64,000 nt of DNA from positions 620,001-684,000 of the forward strand of contig OY253684.1 in NCBI GenBank assembly GCA_958009085.1. The letters run 5' to 3'. Every line of letters begins with the position of its first letter. Position 1 is the first letter of the stretch. Source of the stretch: Protoeuglena noctilucae (lineage: Eukaryota). The translations under genes and the position numbers were made by a program. The notes under the pieces are model-generated. The model saw only the letters and a list, made by a program, of their open reading frames with translations. It was not told the DNA's origin and ran no database searches. Below are positions 25,228-39,600 of the stretch, piece after piece.

Positions 25228-28200
25228 TCACTTCTTCTTCGCCAGCGTGCGCTGCTTGGTCGCGCTCTCGACCACCTTCTCCTCGACGGGGAGGCCCTTG
25301 CGCTTGCGCACCTGTCGAATCAGGTCGGCCGCGAGGTTGGTGCCACCCTGGCCCTGCGTGAAGGGGCGGGGAGCTGCTGGTGTTCCCCCACTCGCTTCAG
25401 CTCGCTCGACGCACATGCGCTTTTTGATGAGACCCACCTGGCCAGCCTCGCCAAATTCTTCCCGCTCCTCCTGGGTGCGCGGCACGAAGAAGGGGTCCAC
25501 CTGCAGCCGCTCCCAGTGGCTCATCATGAGCTGGGCGGTGGCGGCCCCGCTGGACCGCATGCGCAGCTCCCCTGCGAACCCAAATGAGGCCTGCACGGGC
25601 AGGTAGGCCCGGATCACGAAGAGGTCCGTGCCCTCCCGCGCCTCTTCGGACAGGATCCGCGCCCGGCGGCGGTTAAGCGCCGCGTAGGCCCCCGCCAGCC
25701 CCTCGGTCGACGTCGTCACTTCGCTGAGGTACATGGCCTGCGGTGGGGCGGGCCAGGGGCCGGGTCTCGCGCTGCGCGACAGAGCCGCCTGCCCGTGCGC
25801 GCACCTCGACCCCCCCGCACGCTCACACCTCGACCAAACGGGGGTCGGACTCGGCGACAGCGGTGCGGAAGGCGTCCACAGCCGCGGCGATGATCTGCCC
25901 GGACAAGGGGCCGTAGTGCTCCTCCCGAGCGTCGACGGGGTGCACCTGAGACCGAGACAGCCGCGAACTAGTAGTCCTTCACTAAGGCAGCGTGCCAAGC
26001 GGTGGTTTGCGGGTCCAAGCGCCCGTTCTGCTTTGACACATCGCAGCGCATCGTGGCGGCTCACCAGGGCATCCACCTCGAACGCCACGCCCCACATGGG
26101 CTCCCCGCACAGGGGCCCCGAGGAGGCGGCGACTTGGAACCCCGTCACCACGCCCGACTCGATCGTGGGGCGCAAGTCCGCCCCCGAGTCCTCGTGCGTT
26201 GGCCCAGTCTCGCGTTCCGTCAGGCCCAAGCGAACGGCCATGTCCGGCGCACCCAAGGCGACCCTGCATGGGAGGGCGCGCCAACTCTGATTTAGCACCA
26301 GACGCTGCGGTGTCCGCCCGTTGCCGCGTCAAGCTCAAGCAGCAAATGCTCTCTGTCCCATCCAACACGTTCCTGTGTGCAATACGCTGCATCACGAGCC
26401 CAAGGGTGGCCCTCACCGGGTCCCTTGCTGCACATCTTCCCCAACCGGGGAGGAGTCCTCTCCGTCGTCCGCCACGCCCGCGCCCCTGCTCCTCGCTGCC
26501 ACGCGGACCAAGGTGCCGGAACGCACCAGCTGCGTCAGGTCTGCCCCTGCCACCAGCACGTTGGGACCCACGAGCCGCGGCCCCAGCAGCCACGCGCGCC
26601 GCAGCACGTCCAGTGCCTCCCCGGCCCCTGCCAGAAACGCGGGGGGCGAGAACACGTCAGGAGCTCGCTCAGGCGCACGTTGTCATGTCCCCACATGCCA
26701 TTCTCGCATGGGCCGCCGCCCTCGCACCTTGCTCGTCGCCCGCGCACGCCTGCCGAATCCGGTCGCCTGCCAAAGCCCCTGCCGCCTCCATCCGCGCCCC
26801 CGCCGCGTCTCCCGATGCGTGTGCGCCCTCGCTCGTCTTCGGCCCGGAAGTCGCGGCATCCTCCCCGCTGTGCCCATCCTCTGTGCCCCCAGAGCCCCCC
26901 GCCCAGCCCGCGCCGCCCACGGATCTCTTCATATCCCCCGTGGCCGCTTGCAAGTCCGTCCTTAGCCCCTCCAGCACCCCGCAAATCTGGGCCGGCAGGG
27001 GTCGCGCCCGCACACGCAGGGTCACGCGCCCATCGGACGTCGTCGCCACCACGACCCTGTCCTCGTGAGCCCTGCGTCCCATCAAAACAGTGCAATCAAC
27101 GCAGCTCCGCATCTAGACGGCGCAACGCACGCTTTGAGGCAGTCTGTAGCCATGAGAGGCGTCGCAATCCCATCTCTATCTGACAGCTGACCTGCACGGA
27201 CAACACCATCATGTGTGATCCGCACCTGAGGGGTGTGACGATGTCCTGCTGCGTCTGCTCAGCCTCCCCGCGGTGAAGAATCGATTCCCGAAATCCCACC
27301 AGCGGCGGGGAGACGACGAGCTCCACTCGCGCAAACCGCTCTGTCAGGTCCTTCACGCACGTCTCCAAATGGACCTGAGGGGCAGGGATCCATGCTTGCG
27401 CGTTTGTTAAAGTGCGCATCGACGTTCTTGGAAAGCTAATGGAGTGGTCCTCACTCCTCCAGTTGTCCTCCAGGTGTGCGGGTGTGCATTGCCCTGCCCA
27501 GCCCCCGGTGGTCATCCTGTTACCCACCTCTCCTGCGGCTCCCAGCACGAGCTCTCCCGTGTCGAGGACGTGGACCTCCACGAAGGGGTCGGCGCGCTCG
27601 ATCAGACGAAGCCCCGCCTCCAGAGCCGGCATATGGGCCGGGTTGCGAGGCTCGACAGACACGCGGACGATGGCGGAAGACTGGAAGACCATCGGCGCGA
27701 AGGGGTTGCTGCAGTACACCGGGCAGGTGAGGTGGCTTGGTAGCTTATGATGAGCAGCGAGAAGCTGCGGCTCCTCTCCCATGGCGGCAACCACTGCTGG
27801 CTCCTCCAACTCGCCACTGCCCGCTGCCCAAGGCCTGCCGTGCCGTGCCGCCCGCCATACGCACCAGTAGGGCGAGGAGCACAACGTCGCGCTTTTGAGG
27901 ACGACTCTCTCGAGGCCCCCGACGGCCACGATGCTCCCAGCTGGCACGGCGGTCACGCGCTCGAACGACCGGCCCATCATCAGGTAGAGGCCGCGTATCT
28001 TGGCCTCCTGTGTAACGCACGCGGTGATGAGAAAGCGGTCTGCGTTGCCTCCCCACATGTTAAATCGCTGCCATGCAAAGCCACCGTCAGCTGCAGCGCT
28101 GGGAGTAAAGGTGAGACAGCCAGCGGTGCTCTCCCACTGTCCGTCACCTGACGCTCCTTCGAGTTGGGCTCCGCAGGGTCGTACTTGGGCGAGAGGACGT

Positions 28201-30583
28201 GGACGTGGTCGCCATCTCTCGCAGTGCCAGCAAAGACCCTCCCGAACCCCACGAAGCGTTCCTCCAGGGGGTGCTCGGGGGCCGGCTCTCCCGGCAGCCT
28301 CGGCAGCGCCGCCGCGGGCACGGCCACCATCTTAGACACGAACAGGACGAGGGGTGCGGATGAGGACGCATCAGCGCCCGACAGCGCGCGCTCCACGTCT
28401 GCCACTGCGGGCGCCTGGACGGCCTCCGCCTCCGCCGGCGTGGCCTCAGACGGCAGGTCGGAGGCCCCGGCCTCGGCCACGCGCAACGCGGCGCCGTGCT
28501 CGTGGCGGCCCCACCCCGGGATGAGCTTGCACACGCGGTCGTGGGCCGCGTCCAGCGGCGAGGGCATGTGGACCGCAGCCATCGACAGGACTGCCTCTGC
28601 GAATCGCAAGGAGGATCTGACAACAATCTGCGAAGCCACGGCCTGGCGACTGCCGCACCCGCACCCGCACCCGCATCACATTCCGTGGGTCACGCGTGTC
28701 CTGCCAGACGAGGACGTCAGCACTACCTCGACCACCACAGACGCTGCTCACCCGACAAGGGCAGCCAGGCCCGCATGACGGCTCGGAGCGCCTGGCGGCC
28801 GTTGGGGTGCCGGAGCTGCTGCGCGTCCACGTTCAGGTTCAGGGCCGACACTGCGAGGGATGAAATGAGATACCTCGGCACGTCTTCTAAGCTTGCGTCG
28901 CATCTTTGTACGCTCCCCAGTTCCAGCCACACGCTCGCCACAGCCATCGCCGTCCCGGCACCCACCGATCTTGGCCAGCAGGGCCTGGTGCTCGCTGCTC
29001 ATGTCGGCCGCCTCGTACGCCTTCCAGATCGGCTCGAGCGCAAATTGCACAAACATGGGCTTCAGGCCCAGGGCTGCCCCCTTCTTGCGCCCCACGACCT
29101 TCTTCTCCTGCGCCACAGTCGCGTGGGCCACGTTATAAATCTGAATCGCATACCTGCGCCCTCCACGCGATGCCGAGACAGTCCTGCGCGCGACGTACGT
29201 GCGCATAAGCTGCTCACCTTGGCGTGATAGCAAAAGTCGCCCCAGAGCGCCTTCTTCAGCACGTCCGGACTGGCCCCCAGCTTCTTCGCGTAGATCTCAG
29301 CGAACTGCCCGGCCGTGAAGGCCCAGCCATCCACGGCGCTCCCAAACGCCACGTTTCCCACCTCGGGACGAAACACCAGCTCCTCCGACTCGTCGTCGGC
29401 AATCGCGACCTCTGCCCCGTCTGCCGCGCTCCCCCGCTCCGCTGCCTGCGTAGCGAAACCAAACCGTGCTGCGGCTCACGTTTGGCACGCTTAAATAGCC
29501 AGCGCTCGCGACGGTGCAGGTTCACACACGCAGACTCGCCTCTGCCTCGGCAGCCGAGTGCGCCAGGAAGGCGTCCGCCTCCCGAATGAACTTCTCCGAC
29601 TGCAGCTGGCTCATGACGTGGTTGCACTCGGACACAATCCTGCAGGGGCGTTCGGAACGACGTCTGAGCCTCAGTGAAGGCAGGCCGCAGTCACAGTACG
29701 GCCTCACCAAGGCAGCCGTGCTGGACAGCCCCCTGACCTCTTGACGCGCTCAAAGGCCTCCGCGGGCGTCATGCGCAGCTCCAGAACAAGCCGGTCGATC
29801 TTGTTCACAAACAGGCAGGGCTGCACTCGCTCCTGGAACGCCTGCCGCAGCACCGCGTGCGTCTGGATGCGCACGCCCTCAACCGCGTCCACCACCACGA
29901 GGCCCCCGTCGCTGCGGGCGGCAGGTTCCTGCAAGATTCCTGCCAAGCCTGTGCACGGCCTGTAGCAGGCTGCAGTGGCTGATTGACCCCAGGTGTGCAG
30001 CTCACCTGAGGCGGGCGGCGGTGGAGACTTCGGAGCAGAAGTCGACGTGCCCCGGGGAGTCGATGAGATTGACGAGGTAGCCGCTCTGGGCGCGAGCCTC
30101 GGGGGTCGTGCTGCGGAGGCCCCCGGCCTGTGCCGCGCCCGGCACGTACAGCAGCGTGATGCTCGACGACTTCATCGTGATGCCGCGCGCTTGCTCATCC
30201 TCCCGAGAGTCCAGGTAGCGGACCTCCCCGACCAAACGCTGGTTGATGAGGCCGTTCGACGCGATGAGGTGGTCTGGGTGAGGAGGGACACGGCAAGCGT
30301 GGCGTCCCTCAAAAATGCCGCCGGTTCGATCGCTGAGAGCGCGCCGGCGCCTGGGAAGCGTGCGTTCAGCCAAGAGCAATCACCTGAAAGCGTCGTCTTG
30401 CCATGGTCGACGTGGGCGAGGATGCAAAAGTTCCTGCAGCGCAGTGCGCACACTGGCCAGGGTTCAGGAGGACGCAGCGCAAGGAGCTGACCATTCCATC
30501 GCCAGTGTCGTCGGAAATGAACGTCACCGTATCCTCTCCGGCCTCCGTTGGAAGGCCTGGAGCTCGGCTACGTCGACGTCCAT
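25228..30583 (-). CDS. EFL1: Elongation factor-like GTPase 1 (Ria1/EFL1), ribosome maturation
   Basis: [92 protein letters not shown], and the C-terminal [27 protein letters not shown] typical of EFL1. Confidence 0.95.
28654..28675. repeat. Short (CGCACC)n hexamer repeat inside an EFL1 intron
   Basis: ccgcacccgcacccgcacccgca seen directly, about 3.5 units. Confidence 0.6.
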
Positions 30584-30959
30584 TGGCCACGCGCCCTGTC
30601 GTGTCGCCGCCGGCAAGCAGTACCAATCTAGTGGCGGCGCGCAGTAAAGAGACCCTGTCGCCCACTGTCGGGAGTCCTGCGACGGCAGGCGGTGGTCCCG
30701 GCCCTCCCCAGGCGCAGCCTGACCGTGCACCTCCCTGCGCTCACGTCCCCAGTTGCTTGCTACGGACCAGACACCACGCAGTCCACGCAGCGAGTTTAGA
30801 CCAAACGACTGCACACCACATTCGCTGCCAACGAGGGGGAATGTCCGCGCTTGGATGCCGCGCCAGGTGCACGCCAGTGCCGATGGCGCGCCGGGCGATC
30901 CAAGGGCCACTGGCTCGCCACTCCCGGCGCTAGTCCTTCTCGGGGCAATTTGCGCCAAC

Positions 30960-32735
30960 ATGCTGCGCCGGGGAGCTGCATCGGCCCTGCGGGCCGCGGC
31001 GCAGGCCTGCTCCACGGTTGAGGCGGGCGCGGGTCAGGTGGGTGGACAGCTGGGCCGCCTGATGCGGCGTTTCGGATCGAATATATCGCATGGATGTCTG
31101 CGGGACGATCGGATGGCTCTGGCGCCGTCCCCCGGCTCGCAAAATTCGTCACATCGCAAGGGGTCCCGGCCCCGCCTTCTGGGCGCGGCACGCGGGACTC
31201 TCTGCCGCTCTCGAGAGCGTACGCTTGCTATGACTGACGTTAGGCGTTCCTGGGGGGTCAAAAGCGCGCATCCGCGCTCAGGAGCAGGACCTCGGCTCCC
31301 TCCTTGGCCACGCTGCAGGCGGGGGCCAGGTTCGCGTCGACGGCCGGAGCGGAGGCGTCGTCCTCTACTTCCAGCAGCTGGAGGTGAGCCGAGCGCGCTG
31401 CCATCTGCCCCGGGCGCTTCGCACTAGCGACTCCCCTTTCGGGTCCCGTGGAGCGCTCCCAGAGCGCCCGATTCGACTCCTGCCGCCTCGCCGTCCCTCC
31501 TCGCGCGTCGTTTTGACCCAACAGTAGCCGCGCCGGCTGGCATCGGAGCGGGAGGGGCTGCAACCCTTGCTCTCCAGTCCTTCCTGCGCCCGCTTTCTCG
31601 CCCGCCGACGCCGGGCGCCCTGCTGGCCCGCGAGCTCGGGATGCTGGTGTGCGTGGAGGGAGGCATGCAGAGCTGGCTGTGAGAGCTGAGGTGCCCATGC
31701 TGCCCTTCCTTCGCAGCGGGCGAGCCGTCTTCGGGGCCAGCGCCGCGGCGACCCTTGCGGCGGGGCTGGCATTGTCCTCCGGTAGCGTGTTTGCGAGCGA
31801 AGCGGACCATGGCCTGCACGCGCCGAGCTACGCGTGGAACCACTTGGTGAGTGGCGCAAGCCGCGTGCGTCTGCGAGTGACTTGCCGCCGGCGCGTCGCC
31901 GATCGCACGTCACCCGCCCCACGTGCCCAATGCGCTCGTCTGGACGCACGCGCTCGCCGTCCCGCAGGGCTGGTTCGACGCGTTTGACACGGCGGCGATC
32001 CGGCGGGGGCACCAGGTGTATCAGCAGGTGTGCGCGGCATGCCACAGCATGAACTTCATCCACTTCCGAGACCTGGTCGGGGTGTGCTACACGGAGGCGG
32101 AGGCCAAGGCCATGGCGGAGGAGATCGAGGTCGTCGACGGCCCGAACGACCAGGGGGAGATGTTTGAGCGCCCCGGCAAGCTCTCTGACCCGTTCCCGTC
32201 GCCGTACGCCAACGAGGAGGCGGCGCGCTACGCCAACGGCGGCGCCTACCCCCCCGACCTGTCCCTCATCACCAAGGCCCGCCACAACGGCCAGAACTAC
32301 ATCTTCGCGCTGCTCCTGGGCTACCGCACCCCGCCCGCCGGCGTCACCATGCGCGAGGGCCTCTACTACAACCCCTACTTCCCCGGCGGCGCCATCGCCA
32401 TGCCCAAGATGCTTGTCGACGAGGGGGTGGAGTACGACGACGGCACGCCGGCCACCGAGTCTCAGATGGCCAAGGACGTCGTCACGTTCCTCGCGTGGGC
32501 GTCGGAGCCGGAGGTGAGTCGGGGGTAGGGGCGAGGGAGGGTGGTGCCTTGGGGCTGGGGCCAGGGTTGAGGGTCTGCGCACCGCTCCCTGGCGACGCAG
32601 ACGGACGTCCGCAAGCAGATGGGGATCAAGGCGCTGGCCATGCTCTCCCTGGCCCTCGCGACCGCCGTGTACTACCGGCGCCTGCGCTGGGCGCCGCTCC
32701 GTTCTCGGCGCTTGGTTATCGACCAGCTCCACTGA
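30960..32735 (+). CDS. CYC1: Mitochondrial cytochrome c1 (complex III heme protein) with presequence
   Basis: Presequence [45 protein letters not shown] (CxxCH); [28 protein letters not shown]-terminal TM helix; stop TGA 32733-32735. Confidence 0.96.
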
Positions 32736-32793
32736 GGTGTCCCTTTCAGTGGCTCCACTCGCATGTCTCGCCCTTGTTAGACTTTTCAAGACT

Positions 32794-33331
32794 TCAATCA
32801 GGGATGAAGGCGCACTGGTAGAGCTGCCGGCCGGCATTCGAGTCGTGGAAGGCATAGTACTCGTTCTCGCTGCAAAGAGGGAGGGGAGGGGTTGTCAGCC
32901 GAAGCACCGCTGTCAATGGGCGGCCTTGGCTAGGCGTCCCAACACTGACCTGCAGATCAGTGTCCCGTCGCCCATGTGGTCCTCAAGCACCTGCCTCATA
33001 CACCTGGCGCGCTTCGGCTTGTGTGGCTGAGCGGAAGCAGAGAAAAGGCCGGGGTTGCTGGCTTAGGACAGGGAGGCGGTATTCCGCCACATGCAAGCAC
33101 ACCAGACGCTGCTAGGCTTACCAGGGAATAGAATGCGGCCATCTCAACGAATGACAGGCACCCATCCCCGTTCTTGTCCGCGCTCCGGAGACCCAGGCGG
33201 TCCAGGTCGCTGCCCCTGTTTATTGGTTGCTCGGCGCGGTAGCCCGTCAACGTCGCAAACGCAGGGTGAGCTATCAAGAGCACGAGGAGAAGCAGCGCGG
33301 ACAGAAGGTGTGAGTGACAGGTCACCACCAT
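32794..33331 (-). CDS. Small putatively secreted EF-hand protein, 120 aa, 3 exons
   Basis: Exons 33331-33122, 33026-32950 and 32869-32794, with GT-AG introns in matching phase. Hydrophobic signal-like LLSALLLLVLLIAHPAFA, canonical EF loop DKNGDGCLSFVE, degenerate second loop DHMGDGTLICSENE. Confidence 0.65.
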
Positions 33332-33639
33332 TCTTGCAAGCCCCTGGAACCACCCATGTCTAGCGCTGCATGCCTAGCAAGGATTTCTTTCGCGTCGTGG
33401 CTCTGCACGCTGAAAACAGGCCGCAGCTTGCTTGCTCTGTCGGTCAAGTGCGTCAGATGCATCTGGCACAGCCCAGACCGCCCGGTCGTCATCCTGGCCG
33501 TGTCTACTGCAACGACAGGAGAGTCATTGTATGCAGGAACGCTCACGGTGCCCGGTCCAGGGAGGAAGGAGAAACTCTGCCAATCGAGGGCCGTGTGAAA
33601 GAACGACTCTCAGACGCGCAGGGCGTGCGTGGGTCGCTC

Positions 33640-36600
33640 ATGGAAGGCCCCGTATCGCCGGAAGACCCGGCGGTGCTGCTGAGCGACCTCTGGAGCCAAT
33701 TCTTCTCGCTTAAGCTCACCCCTGAAGGTGGGCGGGGGATTTGCTTCCCTCCCGCCACAAATCTGCTGCACCTGAACCAGCGCATTGGCGCAGGGCCCTC
33801 CCTCAGAATCCAGCATCCCATCGCTCACCTCTCGCCGGGCCAGCGGGCAGCTGCAAACGCGCGCTCCGTGTATCGTGCTCCGCAGCTCTCGATCTGCGCT
33901 ACGCGGCCCGGAATCTCGAGTGCCGGTATGACTCCGCGTCGATGCCTTTCGGCCCAATGCGGCCGGCCATGGCCCTGCGGCCGCTGCCGCCCCAGGCGAG
34001 GCGCAGCGCTCGTGCCATCGACGCAGACGGATATCCTTCAGCCGCCAGCTCTATGTGGCCGGCGGTCGCTCAGCCTTGCAGAGTATCCGACAAAGCCGCA
34101 CTTTGCGCTCCTGGAACGCCATGTAGTGCGCGCGGGTCACAGCTGGAGCAGCCCACCGATGCCTGGGTCCCCTCCGCGCGCTCGCAGGGCATTTTCCCCT
34201 GCGATCCTCGGGCCGATTTGACGCAAGTGCCTTACGAGGAGGTGTCCGTGAGCCCGGATGCGGACCCCGCGTCGCTGGTGGGCCTGCTCGTGCAGCCCCC
34301 GCCGTTTCGCCCGGAACAGGTCGAGCACCGCGTGACCGTCAGCGGCAGGCCTCGCACGTCCATTATCCCTCGCGAGCTCGTGAATGCGACGGACACGCCT
34401 TCGGCCATCGCCGCGCGCGAGGCGGCCACGGGCCGCTGGCTCGAGGACCTGGACCGAGGCCACCTGACAGCGGTGGCACCCGGGCTGGGCCTGGCCGCGC
34501 CTGTCTGGGGCTCTCCTCCTGACCGCGCGCCGGCCCAGGTGGAGCCCGCCCCGTCTGCCGCCCGCGACGACCGCATCGTGAAGGGCAAGGTCACGGCGAG
34601 CAACCTGTTCGACGGTGTCTGGCTGGCCAAGGGCGCCGCGCGTGACAGCGACGAGGACGAAGCTGTCGCGGAGGACGAGAACCTCGACTTCCTGGACGCC
34701 CAGGGCGGCGCAAAGGTGTGGCACGAGCGACGAGGTGTGCCGCGGGATGCGAGGCATCTGGACGCTTTGATGTGCTATGGGACGCTGCGATGTCGACGTG
34801 GATGCAGGGCACCAACGCTGGCATGGGGGACCTGGATGAAGTTGTGGCGGAGGGCGGGCAGGTGGCCAAGCCTACGCCCGTGGCAGTGCCGGGGGCAGGG
34901 GTGGACGGCGAGGTGAGAGTGACCCTGGCCGCTCTTGGACGCAAGCGCCGGGACCATCTCTGACCATCCATTCCTAATGCGACGACGCAACCTCTTGCAC
35001 CCGCAGCTGGCGGGCCTGTTGTCCGCCGAGACGCCCGGCGCGGCCGCCACGCCCCAGGCGCCGTCCCGTCCCGGCGGCAAGGGCCACAAGTACGAGTACG
35101 CCATCGACGCGGCCTCGACCTTCAGCGCGGAGGTGGAGTTTGAAAAGGTCCGGCCCGACCTGGCCATGCACTACCCCTTCGAGCTCGACCACTTCCAGAA
35201 GGCGGCCGTGTGCCTGCTCGAGCGCGGGCAGAACGTGTTCGTGGCCGCGCACACGAGCGCCGGGAAGACGGTGGTGGCCGAGTACGCGTTCGCGCTCTCC
35301 ACGCGCCACCGCACAAAGGCCATCTACACGTCGCCCATCAAGACCATCTCGAACCAGAAGTTCCGGGATTTTTCCAAGAAGTTCTCCGTCGGGCTCCTCA
35401 CGGGCGACGTGTCCATCAAGCCCGAGAGCCCCTGCCTCATCATGACCACCGAGGTGGGGGGGCCCCCCACCACAACGCAAGCAGTGCGCAGTGCGGGCTG
35501 CGATGACCTCTCGCACGGCCGCGCGCATGCATTACGAACGCAGCGGCTCCCTACCTTACGCCGCAGATCCTCAGGAGCATGCTATACCGTGGAGCCGACC
35601 TCATCCGCGACGTCGAGTGGGTCGTGTTTGACGAGGTGCACTACGTCAATGACCAGGACCGCGGGGTCGTGTGGGAGGAGGTCATCATCATGCTGCCGCC
35701 GCACATCGGCATCGTCATGCTGTCCGCCACCGTGCCCAACGTCAAGGACTTTGCCGAGTGGGTCGGGCGTACCAAGCGCCGGAAGATCTACATCATGGGT
35801 GACAGAGCGCGCCGGAGCTTGCGTGCGAACAGCGGATACGTCTCCCTCTCCTGTGCCGCCTTGGCGGGGTCTGGAGCATGACACGCGTGGGCGCTGATTG
35901 GGGCACACCCTACCGTCGCAGGGACCAACAAGCGCCCAGTGCCCCTCGAGCACTTCTTGTACCACAACGGGAAGAAGTTTAAGGTTGCCGACGGGCGCAC
36001 CTTCTACGACGAAAACTACGTCAAGTGCAAGAACTTCATGCTGACGGGGTCAGACGTGCCGCCGCCGCCGCCAAGGCAGCAAGGTGCGTGCCGCTGTGCT
36101 GCACAGCATGGCGCCCGAGCTCGCTTGCGCATGGATCCTGTGTGTGGTTTGCTGACCGGCGCCCGCCCATCTTGTCTCTGGCAGGGTACGGTCAGCCAGC
36201 ACAGCAGGGGAGGGGCAGTGGCCGTGGTGCGTACGGGAGGCAGGGGGGTCGCGGAGCGAGCGCGGCAGGCGTGCAGGGGCAGCTCAGGGTGAGGGGCTAG
36301 TGGCAGTGCAGGCCTGGGCGCCGTTGCGTTGGCTGTGGCTACTGGAACGGCCGTACGCAGGGCCGGCGATCGGGAGAGCACTCGACGCGTTTAGCGTGCT
36401 TTGCTCTGCTCTCGGCTGCAGCATGGGTACGGCATGGGACGCGGGCGCGGCCCGAACAGCGGAGGCGGCGGCCGGGGGATGAACCGGGAGTCGTGGCTGA
36501 AGCTGATCCGCACCCTGGACAGCGAGAGCATGTTACCCGCCCTGGTCTTCTGCTTCTCCAAGAAGAAGTGCGACGAGTTCGCCAACATGCTCAACAAGCA

Positions 36601-39600
36601 GGATTTCCGCACGGCCGCGGAGAAGAGCCAGATCCACGTCTTCTGTAGCGAGGCTCTTAAGAAGCTCAAGGGGTCCGACCGCAGGCTGCCACAGGTGCGG
36701 GCAGCTGACAGCCGCGGCGGCCTCTGCTCCTCGGTATCGTGCGGGATTCCGTAATCCTGATGGCCTCTGCGCTGCTTCTCACCCTTACCAATCTTACCGG
36801 TGGTTGCAGCTCGTGTGCACGCGTGACGCAGTTACTCCTCCCTTGTGCGCAGATCATCCGTGTCTGCGAGCTGCTCAGCCGCGGCATCGGCGTGCACCAC
36901 GCGGGCCTCCTCCCGATTGTCAAGGAGATTGTTGAGATGCTCTTCTGCCGAGGCCTCGTGTCGGTCCTCGTCTGCACTGAGGTGTGCTAGCATATGCACC
37001 TGCCGCACCCACCTGGTTCTATCAATCTCCTCTTTCTCTCCATGACAAGTCGTCGGGAGACGAAGAGACCGCACCGATTGCGTGGCTCGCGCTCAGCATG
37101 TCGCAGCAGCTGGAGATGGCACCACGTACCCTGCGCCGTGCATGCAGACGTTCGCGATGGGTGTCAACGCGCCGGCCAAGACCGTGGTGTTCCAGGACAT
37201 CAAGAAGTTCGACAGCAATCAGGTGAGGAGCCCCAGCGCTGCGTGGAGCATGGTGTGGCCACAGGGTGCAATTGCTGCCTTTTTGGTGCGACAACACGCA
37301 CACGTCTCAGCAGTTGCTGCACTCTCAGATATCAACGCTCTTTGTCATGCTGCAGCGTCGCCTGCTGACGTCGGGGGAGTACACGCAGATGGCGGGCCGC
37401 GCGGGGCGGCGTGGCCTGGACAAGACAGGCGCAGTGCTGGTCGGGGTGTGGACGGACCTGTACCCTCAGGCGGACGTGAAGAGCGTCATGATTGGCAAGG
37501 GCCAGAAGCTGCAGAGCCAGTTCCGTCTCACGTACCTCATGATCTGCTCTCTGCTGCGCGTGGAGGACCTCAAGGTCGAGGACATGATGCGAAGGTCGTT
37601 CGCCGAGTTCCACGCACAACGTGCTCTGGGCAACAGCTTGGCGCCGCTGCAGCGGGCGGAGGCGGAGCTCGCGCAGCTCCGGGCGCACCCTTGGCCCGGC
37701 GGCGAGGACGAGGAGGACAGGGCCTGTTTCCGACGTTACGCCAAGCTGACAGCGAGGTGCCAGTCGCACTGTGTTCCGCTTAACCTCGATGCTTTCTAGC
37801 CCTGTCTGGCGCATTCGTCAGCGTTCTTAACTTCACGCTTCCTCCCGTGCGCCAGCAGGATCGACCGGCTGAGTCAGGAGGTCATGGCGAGCGTCCTCCA
37901 GGATTGGTCCACCGTGCGCAGCATGCAGGCGGGGCGCGTCGTGGTGTGGCACGACGCGAGCACAGGGATGGACGAACTGGCTGTGGTTCTGGCACCGGTC
38001 CTTGGCTCGGAGACTGGGCCCGGAGGGCGCAACTGGTGAGCGGCAGGCGGGCTGGCCACCCCAGTTTTGCTGCCCATGTGTATGTGTATGGCACGTCATG
38101 TCGTGGGGGGTGCAGACAACGGGGGATGGTTGCTGCGCGTGACATGCGCAGGCTCAGGCGACTGTTCTTGATATCGATGCTCGTGGCTGATGCATGGGGA
38201 GTCGTCTCACCATACGCTCACCACGCGCATGTCGTGTCTCTCACTTTTGCACAGGTACCTGCTGGCCATGAGGCACGCGCCCCCCGAAGGCGTGCAGAGG
38301 GCCGACGAGGCGGACGCCGTCCACAACGGGAAAGGTGACCGGCAGATGCCCTAACACCAGCACCACCACCTGAGCTGGAAGAACAAACGCCGGGAGCTGT
38401 CCCAGCACTCACCCCCGTCTCGCCCTGCCTCGTCGCAGCGAACGGCAAGCCGACCGCGCAGCCGGTGGCATCCGTCGCGGACGAGTTCGCGAACATGCAG
38501 ATCATGGGCAAGAGCGATTCGCCAGAAGACGTGCTGGGCCTGGCGACGAAGGGTCCCGGGGGAAAGGGCAAGAAGGGCGGGGCGAAGGGACCCGCCAAGG
38601 GCAAAGCGGACAAGGCCCCGGACCCCGGCCCGCTCCCGCGGCTGGGCGAGTGCCAGGGTCGCCTGTTTGCGGTGGTCCGGGCGGGCGCAGACGCCGTGCG
38701 GTGCGTGTGCTCCAGGACTGTGGACCTGACTCAGGCCGAGGCGTTCGAGGTGCTTCTTCCGGAGGGCAGCGACCGCGTCACGGACAAGGTCATCGCGCAG
38801 CTGGAGCGGCTGCGGTTCGACAGCCGGCCCTGGGGTTGGCCCGAGCCCCTCCCTCTGTCCAACGACCTGAGGGTCGACTTGCAGGTGAGACCTGGGGTCC
38901 TGCGAGACGGGGTTCACGCGGTGCAGGTCGGGTGTGGATGAGTGTCTGCGAGGCTTCTTAGCGTTTCATGTTTGCTAGCAACAACCACGCGAAGGGTTGG
39001 TTCGATGTGATGTGACGTGGCATCCGCCGTGACACAGCACGATCGATCATCTCATGAACTACCTGCAGCTGGCGGGGAAGCAGCGTGAGCTCCAGGAGGC
39101 GTTGAGCGAGAGGGCGGCCATGAACCTCGACTCGGACCCTTCCCTGCCGACCAAGGCCGCCCTGTCTATGGGCGAGCTCCTTCTGGACTCCCACGTAAGT
39201 CGTTGTGCCGCACAGGATTGTATCCTATGCTGGTAGTTGTAGAAGCTGAATAGCGTGGTCACGGTGACGCCCTAGGGCCAGAGTCTCGGACGAGCGCCCA
39301 CCGACGTGCCCCTCTGCCCCGCTGCCCTCCTGCAGGTGCGTGCCCTGAAGTACCAGATGTCGGACGCCAACCTGCGTCAGCTGCCAGAGTTCCAGGCGCG
39401 CCTGCGGGTGCTGCAGCGCCTCAAGTACGTGTCGGAGGAGCGGACCATCGAGCTCAAGGGCCGCGTGATGTGCGAGGTGCAGGTGACGAACTTTTGAATT
39501 AGGGTGGATGCTGTTGTTATGCATTGCTCAGTGCACATGGTATGCATTGGCGTTTCTTTGCACGCCGACCTCCGACTAGCATGCTTGGTTCTTGGTTCTC

